In this document: positions 18,416 through 26,915 of the stretch, in pieces
Numbering within the stretch: position 1 is the stretch's first letter
Layout: each line of letters starts with the position of its first letter
Origin: an uncultured Thermoleophilia bacterium
Lineage (GTDB): Bacteria; Actinomycetota; Thermoleophilia; Solirubrobacterales; CAVPYU01
Reading direction: 5' to 3'
NCBI GenBank assembly: GCA_963710065.1
Contig: CAVPYU010000009.1
Location: 127,065 to 191,064, forward strand
DNA: 64,000 bases
The notes under the pieces: generated by a model
Databases searched by the model: none
What the model was told of the DNA's origin: nothing
Seen by the model: the letters and a program-made list of their open reading frames with translations, nothing else
Translations under genes and position numbers: made by a program

Positions 18416-19064
18416 ATCGGTTTGGTATTGCTTGTTGAGACCGATTGAGCTAATGAATCCGTCCGGGGACTAAAATCGCACTGCATACTTGAGCGGCGCG
18501 TCGTTGAGGCGGCGGAGGCGGCCCTTGCTGAGAAGAAGTACGTTACCTCCATTGACATACTCGTCGGCATCGGTTGGTTGACGCCGCGACATGTAGGCGA
18601 GTGGTATCAGGGACGATCCCCTTGCCTGGAACGAGCGGCACAGGCAAACCTCAACAAAATATCCAAGGCGATGAAGTTCTTCCGTCGCTGGGCCGAACAA
18701 CGTGGTCTCAAGCCAAGCGAGACAGCTTATGTCGCACGCACACGCGACCGGCGGCAACTTCGTTTCAGCAAGAGCGGCGACCCCAGCATTGAGCGCGCTT
18801 ACCGGACGCACTGGGTGTCGCCAGATCTGAGCAAGAAGAGGCGGGAGCAGCTGCTGGCTCGAGAAAGCCGGCCACCGGGTCTTGTCGTTGTCTCACCAGT
18901 CAATGAGTGGTCCTGCTCGGAGTGTGACGGTACCGGGGACTTCCTGATTATGGAGGAACAGGGGCCGGTATGCCTTGGCTGCGCGGACATGGGCCATCTG
19001 ATATTCCTTCCCTCCGGGGATGCCGCACTCACCAGGCGCGCGAAAAAGGCGAGTTGCCTGTCCG
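18416..19064 (+). pseudogene. truncated duplicate of the DUF2293 gene at 21814-22743
   Basis: It is near-identical to 21695-22414 but lacks ~75 bp that include the GTG start. It ends where the miniature element begins (…KKASCLS then IR). Confidence 0.85.
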
Positions 19065-19069
19065 TCTCA

Positions 19070-19365
19070 GGGGTCAGGTCCCAAACGGTGCGCTATATCT
19101 CAGGGGTCAGGTCCCAAACGGTGCGCTACTTAGGTAGGTCCTATCAGATATTCCTGTGCGGGGCGCTCACTTTGAGCCTGCGACTGACCGTCGAGTGGTG
19201 ACAACCGAGCGCAGCGGCCAGTTGGCACATCCAATATTCGTACTCAATGCAATCTCTGCAATTCCTTACCTCGAACGGTTTCACCCCGGTTCAAGGCAAA
19301 AACCAAGCAGCGCAAGCTTGAGACCGGCCGAAGAACTAACAACGCACCATTTCAGATCTGACCCC
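19070..19365 (+). mobile_element. miniature inverted-repeat element, copy 3 (both junctions tandemly duplicated)
   Basis: The left IR is present twice, 33 nt apart (GGGG at 19070 and 19103). The right end ...CACCATTTCAGATCTGACCCC is followed by a second GATCTGACCCCGATGA unit (to 19386). Confidence 0.75.
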
Positions 19366-19462
19366 GATGAGATCTGACCCCGATGAGGAGCGCAATCCAA
19401 TCCCAAAGATGTTTGACACAGCCGAAAATCGGTATATCTTAGAAGTAGAGCGACTTAAAACC

Positions 19463-20668
19463 ATGGGACATGGACGACCCAGATCTGTATTTTTATCAGT
19501 GATCATCACGGTGATCGTACTGATGCTGCCCTCGACTGCTGGTGCAGTCACATTTGGCTCAGATCTAAACGCACATCAGTCGAACTCAAACGTGACCTGT
19601 GGAGCCGTCAATATCTATCAATATGCCGGCAGGGTCGGTTGCAGCTCAGGAACGAGCGGTAACTCCGTAAACCCGGGCGATACATCGGCCTCACATGTCA
19701 TTCCATTCGCCGACCCACGTGCAAACGGCGACCAGTACGGCACAATCACCCAGGTTACTTTTAAGCCGGCCCCGGGTGCCCCCGCCGGCCCGGCCCGACT
19801 CAGCGTCGTTGAATACATCCGAGACGCCAACAGCACCGCAAACCCCGGCTTAGCGCAGGACATCGCCGATAGCGCGAACTTCACGATGGCGCCGGGCGCA
19901 GACGGCCTGGTGCATGTCGCGACAAACCTGCCCGCTCGCTCGCTGTACAACGCAAACGACAACTCTTATCGCTTTGACGCTCTCTTCCTCTCGATGCTCG
20001 ACAACACCACACCGATCCCGGCAGACCTCAATAGCACTTTCCTCTCGGGGTGGATCAGCCCGTACGTCGACATCCCGTCATCCCAGGGCGACCTCACTGT
20101 GCCTCTGCCGGCCGATCGGCAGGGCGTGGGCTGCTGTGGCTTCGGTCCATACCCGTTCTACGTTACGGGAGCCTGGCCCGTCCTCGGCGAGGTTCTGATG
20201 CAAGCTGAGCTGATAGTCAACCCGAACGGTGGAGGCGGTGGAGACGGAGACGCAGGTGGCGACGGAGGAGGCGCAGGTGACGGTCAGATTGGCCCTCTGA
20301 AGTTTGGCAATGGCCGAGTTGTAGGTAACAAAGTGGTCCTGCCGGTCACATGCGCACTTGATGAAACCTGCAAAGGACTGCTGCGGCTGCTGAGTCAGGG
20401 GAAAAATGTCGCGACGACCGCGAAGAAAAAGAGGGGTAAGGGGACAAAGAAGACAGTTGTCTATGGCCGCGTCAAGTTCAAGATCCCGGCTAATAAAAAG
20501 CGAAATATCAAAGTCAAACTCACAAAGGCCGGTAAGAAGAAGTTACGCCGGCGCACAAAGGTGCGGCTGCGCGTCAAGGCAACTATCGGCAAGCAGGTTT
20601 CAACCGCAACTGTGACAATAAAGCGCAAGAAATCTGGCCGCAAAAAGTCTGGCGGAAAGCGAAAGTAA
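19463..20668 (+). CDS. secreted protein with extremely basic C-terminal module
   Basis: The ORF spans 19367..20668. The start is placed at ATG 19463, giving the signal peptide MGHGRPRSVFLSVIITVIVLMLPSTAGA. There is a Gly/Asp linker, then KKKRGKGTKKTVVYGRVKFKIPANKKRNIKVKLTKAGKKKLRRRTKVRLRVKATIG...KRKKSGRKKSGGKRK. Confidence 0.65.
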   Translation: MGHGRPRSVFLSVIITVIVLMLPSTAGAVTFGSDLNAHQSNSNVTCGAVNIYQYAGRVGCSSGTSGNSVNPGDTSASHVIPFADPRANGDQYGTITQVTFKPAPGAPAGPARLSVVEYIRDANSTANPGLAQDIADSANFTMAPGADGLVHVATNLPARSLYNANDNSYRFDALFLSMLDNTTPIPADLNSTFLSGWISPYVDIPSSQGDLTVPLPADRQGVGCCGFGPYPFYVTGAWPVLGEVLMQAELIVNPNGGGGGDGDAGGDGGGAGDGQIGPLKFGNGRVVGNKVVLPVTCALDETCKGLLRLLSQGKNVATTAKKKRGKGTKKTVVYGRVKFKIPANKKRNIKVKLTKAGKKKLRRRTKVRLRVKATIGKQVSTATVTIKRKKSGRKKSGGKRK

Positions 20669-20703
20669 TAGCGTAGGGGTATGCACCACCGGGGTCAGCC
20701 ACC

Positions 20704-20788
20704 GGGGTCAGGTCCCAAACGGTGCGCTACTTAGGTAGGTCCTATCAGATATTCCTTCGCGAGGCGATCTCTTTGAATCTGCGGCTAA
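20704..20788 (+). mobile_element. left-end fragment (85 bp) of the miniature element, copy 4
   Basis: GGGGTCAGGTCCCAAACGGTGCGCTACTTAGGTAGGTCCTATCAGATATTCC... Homology stops at 20788. It is preceded by the 13-nt junction duplication CACCGGGGTCAGC/CACCGGGGTCAGG. Confidence 0.7.
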
Positions 20789-20814
20789 AGATGAGCGACC
20801 CGGGGATGTTCCGT

Positions 20815-21216
20815 TCAGCATGGACTTTCGACTTGGAGACCGACAAGCTTCGCCGCTTCCGCCATCCGTCGATCATAGGTCACGAGCACCGAGAGCTCGT
20901 CGCCGAGCGCGAGACCCGAAGCAATGTGGATCGCATCGAGGCTACGAATTGCCTCGATATCGAGCATTGCAGCCGCGTCCAAGAGATCGTCGTCCAAGTG
21001 GATGATGTCCACGTGGTCGAGCAGCTGCCTGGCACGCTTCGTAGCAGCGGTTCCATGCGGCCGTACGGCACGGACAACCTCAACGCGCGCCAGGGCACAC
21101 GACACCCGCTCCGGTCTCCGAGACAGATAGCGCCGAAGAACGTCAGACTCCGTTTCATCGACGACCAGCTTCACTATCGCGGACGAGTCTAGGTAGACAA
21201 CCGGCTCAGCGTTCAT
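20815..21216 (-). CDS. vapC: PIN-domain toxin VapC
   Basis: The start is placed at the internal Met (MNAEPVVYLDSSAIVKL...). The acidic PIN residues are present (D near the N-terminus, E, D...SLDAIHIA). It overlaps the antitoxin gene by 11 nt. The longer ORF to 21390 overlaps vapB out of frame. Confidence 0.85.
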   Translation of the reverse strand: MNAEPVVYLDSSAIVKLVVDETESDVLRRYLSRRPERVSCALARVEVVRAVRPHGTAATKRARQLLDHVDIIHLDDDLLDAAAMLDIEAIRSLDAIHIASGLALGDELSVLVTYDRRMAEAAKLVGLQVESPC

Positions 21217-21487
21217 CCTCACGAGCCTTGGAGAGCGCCTCACTCGGCAGCTGCACTCGCGCCGCGGGCTTGAGTGGCTTGCCCAGATCGAGTAGATCGC
21301 CCGCTGCAGGGGTGAGGCGCCCGCTTGCGGCCAACCTTTCCAGTCGACTCCCGTTCGGAATGGGAGTGAGCAGCGCGACCGGCCGGCCATGATCCGTCAC
21401 TTCAATCGTCTCTCCGCGCTGGACCTCGCGAAGGTACTTGCTCGCCTGCTGACGCAATTCCCGCACGCCAATTGACCTCGTTGCCAT
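21206..21487 (-). CDS. vapB: Phd/YefM-family antitoxin
   Basis: MATRSIGVRELRQQASKYLREVQRGETIEVTDHGRPVALLTP is the Phd/YefM signature. A 6-4-6 palindrome GTGCTA-CTTA-TAGCAC (21489-21504) sits directly upstream of the start and is operator-like. Confidence 0.8.
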   Translation of the reverse strand: MATRSIGVRELRQQASKYLREVQRGETIEVTDHGRPVALLTPIPNGSRLERLAASGRLTPAAGDLLDLGKPLKPAARVQLPSEALSKAREDER

Positions 21488-21813
21488 AGTGCTACTTATA
21501 GCACAAGTCTCTCGACATTTCAAGTAGGCGCCGCTCAGGCACCATCACACTAAACCACAACTTCCGATAGTGGGAGCAGAGCACAGCTTATTCCGACGGC
21601 AACAACCTCATGAACCGTATGGTTATTTGAAAAGACGTCGATCGACGTTCATGAAGTGGTGGAGTTCCTGTTTCGTAGCGACATGCAAATAGGCGGTTTG
21701 GTGCTACCTGTTGAGACCGATTGAGCTAATGAATCCGTCCGGGGACTAAAATCGCACTGCATAAATCAAGGCAACGACACCAGGAGTGAGCAAGGAATGA
21801 GAGCGACGTAGCC

Positions 21814-22743
21814 GTGACCACGCTTGCGGTTCAGAAACTTGAGCGGCGCGTCGTTGAGGCGGCGGAGGCGGCCCTTGCTGAGAAGAAGTACGTTACCTCC
21901 ATTGACATACTCGTCGGCATCGGTTGGTTGACGCCGCGACATGTAGGCGAGTGGTATCAGGGACGATCCCCTTGCCTGGAACGAGCGGCACAGGCAAACC
22001 TCAACAAAATATCCAAGGCGATGAAGTTCTTCCGTCGCTGGGCCGAACAACGTGGTCTCAAGCCAAGCGAGACAGCTTATGTCGCACGCACACGCGACCG
22101 GCGGCAACTTCGTTTCAGCAAGAGCGGCGACCCCAGCATTGAGCGCGCTTACCGGACGCACTGGGTGTCGCCAGATCTGAGCAAGAAGAGGCGGGAGCAG
22201 CTGCTGGCTCGAGAAAGCCGGCCACCGGGTCTTGTCGTTGTCTCACCAGTCAATGAGTGGTCCTGCTCGGAGTGTGACGGTACCGGGGACTTCCTGATTA
22301 TGGAGGAACCGGGGCCGGTATGCCTTGGCTGCGCGGACATGGGCCATCTGATATTCCTTCCCTCCGGGGATGCCGCACTCACCAGGCGCGCGAAAAAGGC
22401 GAGTTGCCTATCTGCGGTGGTGGTGCGTTTCAGTCGCTCACGCAAACGGTATGAACGCCAGGGAATCCTGGTCGAGGAGACGGCTATCTTTCCCGGTTGC
22501 CCCGGTAGGCGAGCGGAAGCCATCGCGCACCACGCCGGCGCACGCAGCAGTGGCAGGGTGGGACGGACAGCAGCAGCACGCGCCCTCGACCCCAAGGTGA
22601 TAGAGCTGGCGGTTACTGCGTCAGTGCGCCATAGCGATACGCCATATGACGAGCTACTGATGTCCGGGCTCGGCCGGGAGCAGGCACGTACACAGGTACG
22701 ATCCGAGGTTGAGACGATTCTGGATAGCTGGCGAAATCCATAA
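21814..22743 (+). CDS. DUF2293-like protein with central Cys-cluster
   Basis: 309-aa ORF with a GTG start. CSECDGTG...VCLGCADMGH is a zinc-ribbon-like motif. The C-terminal VRHSDTPYDELLMSGLGREQARTQVRSEVETILDSW resembles DUF2293. Confidence 0.6.
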   Translation: MTTLAVQKLERRVVEAAEAALAEKKYVTSIDILVGIGWLTPRHVGEWYQGRSPCLERAAQANLNKISKAMKFFRRWAEQRGLKPSETAYVARTRDRRQLRFSKSGDPSIERAYRTHWVSPDLSKKRREQLLARESRPPGLVVVSPVNEWSCSECDGTGDFLIMEEPGPVCLGCADMGHLIFLPSGDAALTRRAKKASCLSAVVVRFSRSRKRYERQGILVEETAIFPGCPGRRAEAIAHHAGARSSGRVGRTAAARALDPKVIELAVTASVRHSDTPYDELLMSGLGREQARTQVRSEVETILDSWRNP

Positions 22744-22812
22744 GGGCCTCGAATAACTCCCCTTGATCGTTGAGACAGGACCTCAATCCTTCGCTTCCGG
22801 CTACAGTGAAAC

Positions 22813-23343
22813 TCAACCCGGATTAGCTTCTTGTTCAGATAGCTGTGAGTTGTACTGATCCATGAATCCATCCACAGCCGCTTGGTCGGTCATGTCAACT
22901 CCAGCCTGCTTCATTGCCATAACGAACGATTTACTCGGGCCCCACAGACCGCTATCACCTGCAGCTTGAAGCATCTCATCGGTCCAACTCTCTACAGAGG
23001 CAACTGTCTCGTCGGTCGCCGCCTGAGGGATGTTGCGACGCTCACCCGCATACTCAATCCAAGCCCGAAGAATGTTTGGCACACATTTGAAGAACTCCGT
23101 CTCACAGGTGGCCTTTCTTGGCAACCAGCTGGCCATGAATATCTCCGCCTCAAGCGAGGATTTGGCAAGCGCCATATCCCGGCAGATCGCTGTGGCCACT
23201 TCGTCCACTCCGCCGGCTGGATCCGACCGAGGATGATTGGCACCGCGAAGCGTTGTCTTATCCTTCTTAGCCGCCCGGCGCTTACCCTTGTTCGGTGACT
23301 TACGCTTACGCTGCTTTGGCTTTGGTTTTCGACCTTTAGCCAT
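22813..23343 (-). CDS. hypothetical protein with Lys/Arg-rich N-terminus
   Basis: 176-aa ORF, MAKGRKPKPKQRKRKSPNKGKRRAAKKDK... followed by an acidic helical region. No motif recognised. Confidence 0.5.
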   Translation of the reverse strand: MAKGRKPKPKQRKRKSPNKGKRRAAKKDKTTLRGANHPRSDPAGGVDEVATAICRDMALAKSSLEAEIFMASWLPRKATCETEFFKCVPNILRAWIEYAGERRNIPQAATDETVASVESWTDEMLQAAGDSGLWGPSKSFVMAMKQAGVDMTDQAAVDGFMDQYNSQLSEQEANPG

Positions 23344-23413
23344 CCGCGTACTCTAACCGGCGTAGCCTAAGATAGTAACCCTTCCGGCCTTAACTCAATG
23401 GTTACTGCTACTA

Positions 23414-23430
23414 TACTCATGATATGAGTA
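23414..23430. promoter_or_regulatory. 7-3-7 palindrome overlapping the vapB start codon (candidate autoregulatory operator)
   Basis: TACTCAT-GAT-ATGAGTA. The ATG of the RHH antitoxin gene lies in the right half-site. Confidence 0.35.
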
Positions 23431-23681
23431 AGCGATTACAGGTTTTACTTGAAGAGTCGGAGTTCGACGACCTACGAGAGGCCGCCCGGCGACAGGGAGT
23501 CCCGGTATCGGAGTGGGTACGGCGTGCGCTGCGAGAAGAACGTAGGCGTGAGCCCAGAGGCGATATTGACAGCAAGTTGCGTGCAGTCCGTGATGCGGCT
23601 CGACATGAGTTCCCAACTGCAGAGATTGACCAAATGTTGACGGAGATCGAGCGGGGACACGGTAAACACGTTTCTGGATGA
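23424..23681 (+). CDS. vapB: ribbon-helix-helix antitoxin (VapB/CopG-like)
   Basis: 85-aa [41 protein letters not shown]. There is a 4-nt overlap with the downstream PIN gene. Confidence 0.8.
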   Translation: MSKRLQVLLEESEFDDLREAARRQGVPVSEWVRRALREERRREPRGDIDSKLRAVRDAARHEFPTAEIDQMLTEIERGHGKHVSG

Positions 23682-24079
23682 TCCTCGTCGACTCCAACAT
23701 TCCGATGTATTTGATTGGCGCGGAACATCGTCACAAGATAGACGCCCAGCGCCTACTGGAAAGGGCGTTGTCCAAAGATGAGCGGCTGGTGACCGATGCG
23801 GAAGTACTCCAGGAGATCTGCCATCGTTACACCGCGATCGACCGGCGTGAGGCGATCCAGCCCGCATTCGACGCGATCCTCGGCGTTATTGACGAGGTTC
23901 TTCCCATCGATCGCATCGATGCAGAAGCTGCGAAGGACATCGTCCTACGATACACGTCACTTTCCTCACGGGACGCAATGCATACTGCCGTCATGCACAG
24001 ACATGGCATCGATCGAATCATGTCATTCGACCGAGGATTCGACACCTATCCCGGCGTCGAAAGGTTGAGTCAATGGTAA
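23678..24079 (+). CDS. vapC: PIN-domain toxin VapC
   Basis: 133-aa [15 protein letters not shown]..., TDAEVLQEI..., [11 protein letters not shown]..., IMSFDRGFD give the PIN acidic quartet pattern. Confidence 0.85.
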   Translation: MILVDSNIPMYLIGAEHRHKIDAQRLLERALSKDERLVTDAEVLQEICHRYTAIDRREAIQPAFDAILGVIDEVLPIDRIDAEAAKDIVLRYTSLSSRDAMHTAVMHRHGIDRIMSFDRGFDTYPGVERLSQW

Positions 24080-24108
24080 GAGTTCAGCACGTCACTGAGG
24101 TCATCACT

Positions 24109-24371
24109 GGGGTCAGGTCCCAAACGGTGCTCTACTTAGGTCTTGTCAGATATTCCTGCGCGAGGCAATCACTTTGAGTCTACGGCTAACCGTCGAGTGG
24201 TGACAACCTAACGCTGAGGCCACCTGACGCATCGAGTGTCCGTACTCTATGTGTGCAACCTCTATAAGTCGTTACCCCAAGCGGTTTCACCCCTGTTCAA
24301 AGTAAAACCCAAGCAGCGCGGTCATGAGCCCAGCCGAACAACTATCAACGCACCATTTCAGACCTGACCCC
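24109..24371 (+). mobile_element. complete miniature inverted-repeat element, copy 5
   Basis: GGGGTCAGGTCCCAAACGGTGCTCTACTTAGG ... GCACCATTTCAGACCTGACCCC, 263 bp. The left junction has the 12-nt duplication TCACTGAGGTCA/TCACTGGGGTCA. Confidence 0.75.
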
Positions 24372-24412
24372 GTTGATGTTCGAGTTCCGGAGGGCCTGCT
24401 GAAGTATTGAAA

Positions 24413-24901
24413 TCAGCCGCTTCTCCGCTCCTCTTCCGTTAGTGCAGCAATATCCTCGAGATCTTCTGGCCGACCGCTTGCTCGCTTCATGGATATCAGA
24501 TCGTCGAGGCCGACAACCGCAATGTCCATCTTGCCAAGCTTGACCTGCAGTGAATGTTGACGCAACTCGTCGTACGGTGGAGCACCCGGGGCATCATGGA
24601 GCACGTCGATAGGGCCATGTTTTGAAGAGAACTGCCATAGGGTCGCTCGCGGGAGCATTGTTGCGTCAATTTCTTCTCCCTCGTGGCCCGGATTCAGAAC
24701 TTGAGCTTCAAGTGCATTGAGAGCGTCCGCAAGTCGTTGAAGATTTGATCGGTCTGGCTTGGGAATTACATCGATGTCTACCGTCGTGCGCATATGCCCG
24801 TGCGTCTGTACCGCCATGCCACCAACAAGAACGTAGTCAACGTCGTGTTCGGCAAGAGCCTGGAGAATCTGCTCAGCGTCTAGTGGAGTGTCAGTGTCCA
24901 C
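24413..24901 (-). CDS. nucleotidyltransferase-fold protein (putative toxin of an HTH/NTase pair)
   Basis: The ORF spans 24413..25030. The start is placed at GTG 24901, which overlaps the stop of the upstream HTH gene (GTGGACACTGA). DVDYVLVGGMAVQTHGHMRTTVDIDVI fits the GG...(S/T).D.D pol-beta NTase motif. Confidence 0.6.
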   Translation of the reverse strand: MDTDTPLDAEQILQALAEHDVDYVLVGGMAVQTHGHMRTTVDIDVIPKPDRSNLQRLADALNALEAQVLNPGHEGEEIDATMLPRATLWQFSSKHGPIDVLHDAPGAPPYDELRQHSLQVKLGKMDIAVVGLDDLISMKRASGRPEDLEDIAALTEEERRSG

Positions 24902-25220
24902 GAACCGCTTCCTGTCCCGCCCTTCGCAGTTCGCCAGCAAGCCGGTTTGCCGATAGTGCGATTTGCATGCGATCTGTAAGTGAACGACGTCTGAGGTCGG
25001 CAAGATGGATTGAGTCGGCTCTGCTTTCAAGCGGCCGAGGCTGAGGCTTTAAGACATAACCCATAGCCATAAACAGCGCGCAAACGGTATCCCAGCGCGG
25101 ATCTGTTAAGCCCCGCTCGATTCTGCTCACTGCAGCTTGGGTCATGCCAGCTCTACGTGCCAGCGATCGCTGGCCTATCCCTGCTCGTTCGCGATAGCTA
25201 CGTATAGCCGAACCGATCAT
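24891..25220 (-). CDS. XRE-family HTH protein (putative antitoxin)
   Basis: 109-aa ORF, IRSYRERAGIGQRSLARRAGMTQAAVSRIERG. Confidence 0.7.
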   Translation of the reverse strand: MIGSAIRSYRERAGIGQRSLARRAGMTQAAVSRIERGLTDPRWDTVCALFMAMGYVLKPQPRPLESRADSIHLADLRRRSLTDRMQIALSANRLAGELRRAGQEAVRGH

Positions 25221-25284
25221 CTGATATATTAAAGTATATCGGTTTTATGACGACGTCCGTTTGATCGAGGTTTGGCATATCACC

Positions 25285-25518
25285 AGGGTCAGGTCTAATC
25301 TGGTGCGCTACTTGGGCAGGTATTGTCAGATTTTCTCCGTGGAGCTATCACTTTGAGTGAGTCTGCGACTAACCGTCGGGAATCGCTATACGCAAAGATC
25401 GAGCCACGCTTCTAAAAGTCCTTACCTCGAGTTGTCTCACCCCTGTTCAAAGCAAAATCCCAAGTAGCACGGATTAGATACGGGCCGAATAACTGATCAT
25501 GCACCATTTCAGACCTGA
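25285..25518 (+). mobile_element. degenerate miniature element, copy 6, right IR interrupted by IS256-family insertion (remainder at 26916-26927)
   Basis: AGGGTCAGGTCTAATCTGGTGCGCTACTTGGG ... GCACCATTTCAGACCTGA | IS | (C)AGACCTGACCCC. Confidence 0.65.
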
Positions 25519-26915
25519 AGTCAAGTAGAACCTAGTGGTGTAACTTCTCATCGTCGGTAGTAACGGCTTCTAGCTCTAGCTCTCTCACCTCCTCTCCATG
25601 TTTATCTGTATCGCCTCTGTCGTAGACAGAGGCGAGCGAATCAAGCGACAGATAGCGTCGACTGACAAGCCACTCATCGTTCTGCTCGATAAGTAGTGAT
25701 CCAACAAGACGGATCACCGATTGGTCGTTGGGAAAAATTCCAACGACATCGGTTCTTCTGCCGATCTCGCGGTTAACCCTCTCAAGTGGATTGGTGGACC
25801 TCAGTTTTCTCCAGTGCGCCTTGGGAAATGCGTAGAACGCAAGCAGGTCTTCCTCTGCAGCTTCAAGCAGCTCGGCCACCTTGGGAGCCGCTCTCTTGAG
25901 CCGCTCGAGCACTTGGCCCACACGTTCGCTTGCCTGCTTGCGATCTACCGCGTTGAAGACCTCTCGCAAGGCAGCCGACACCAGACCACGTTCCGATACT
26001 CGGCAGTGCTGATGCATGTCTCTGACAAAATGAACGGTGCATCGCTGCCAGGGACAGCTCAGAACCTGGGCTATAGCGTTCTTCAAGCCCTCGTGGTGGT
26101 CTGATGTGCAAAGACGTACTCCGGTAAGGCCGCGAGTCTTGAGCGATCGTAAGAACTCCATCCAGAAGGCCTTCGACTCCACCTCGCCCAAGTCAATGCT
26201 TATTACCTCTCGCCTTCCTGTCTCATGGACTCCGTAGGCGACTACCAGCGCCTTGGGATAGACATGACCCCTGTCTCGTACCTTGACCTGCTTAGCATCC
26301 AGCCATAGGTATGGGTACTCGCCCTCAAGTGGTCGGCTGTTAAAGACCTCCACCTGTTCATCGAGCCCCTTGCAAAGTGCGGATACGCGATCCTTGGTCA
26401 TGCCCTGGATGCCCAGCTGCTCCACAAGGCGATCCACCTTGCGTGTGGATACTCCGTTGACGTATGCCTCCATCACCACACTCACGATTGCATGCTCCGA
26501 CCGGCGTCGAGGTTCAAGGAAGCTTGGGAAGTAGGCGGATCCCCGACGTTTCTTGGGGATCGCAACCTCGATCTCACCTACACGGGTCTCCCAGCCTCTC
26601 GGCCGATAGCCGTTTCTGTGCGAGGTCCGTTCGGGTGAGATCTCACCCAGTCCAGCCCCTATCTCGGTCGAGATCTCGGCTTCCATCAATTCGCGAACGA
26701 CTACCTCTACCGCTTGGCGCAGGAAGTCTCCGTGCTCGCTTTGCAGCGCATCGGTAACTACATCGGCTAAGGTCGATATCTTGTCTTTGGCCATCGTGGT
26801 GTGCTCCTCTCGTTAGTCGATTTGTCATCAACCGACGAGTTTGGGGCCCACGGTGGTCGGAACTAAATGACAGCTCCTACGCGGGCGCCGTTACACCACT
26901 TATACATACGTGACC
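25519..26915 (-). mobile_element. IS256-family insertion sequence (1397 bp) with 8-bp target-site duplication
   Basis: The terminal inverted repeats are (A)GTCAAGTAGAACCTAGTGGTGTAAC and (G)GTCACGTATGTATAAGTGGTGTAAC (reverse complement of the right end). The direct repeat AGACCTGA is at 25511-25518 and 26916-26923. It carries a single transposase ORF. Confidence 0.85.
25532..26794 (-). CDS. IS256-family (Transposase_mut/MULE) transposase
   Basis: 420-aa ORF with family hallmarks: SAYFPSFLEPRRRSE, LWLDAKQVKVR, LCTSDHHEGLKNAI, WQRCTVHFVRD, NPLERVNREIGRRT. Confidence 0.92.
   Translation of the reverse strand: MAKDKISTLADVVTDALQSEHGDFLRQAVEVVVRELMEAEISTEIGAGLGEISPERTSHRNGYRPRGWETRVGEIEVAIPKKRRGSAYFPSFLEPRRRSEHAIVSVVMEAYVNGVSTRKVDRLVEQLGIQGMTKDRVSALCKGLDEQVEVFNSRPLEGEYPYLWLDAKQVKVRDRGHVYPKALVVAYGVHETGRREVISIDLGEVESKAFWMEFLRSLKTRGLTGVRLCTSDHHEGLKNAIAQVLSCPWQRCTVHFVRDMHQHCRVSERGLVSAALREVFNAVDRKQASERVGQVLERLKRAAPKVAELLEAAEEDLLAFYAFPKAHWRKLRSTNPLERVNREIGRRTDVVGIFPNDQSVIRLVGSLLIEQNDEWLVSRRYLSLDSLASVYDRGDTDKHGEEVRELELEAVTTDDEKLHH

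Noticed and set aside
13816-24371. 5-bp target-site duplications expected for Tn3-family insertion
   Set aside because: The flanking pentamers of the complete copies do not match: TCACC/GACGA for copy 2, TCACT/GTTGA for copy 5, TCTCA/GATGA for copy 3. No TSD is claimed.
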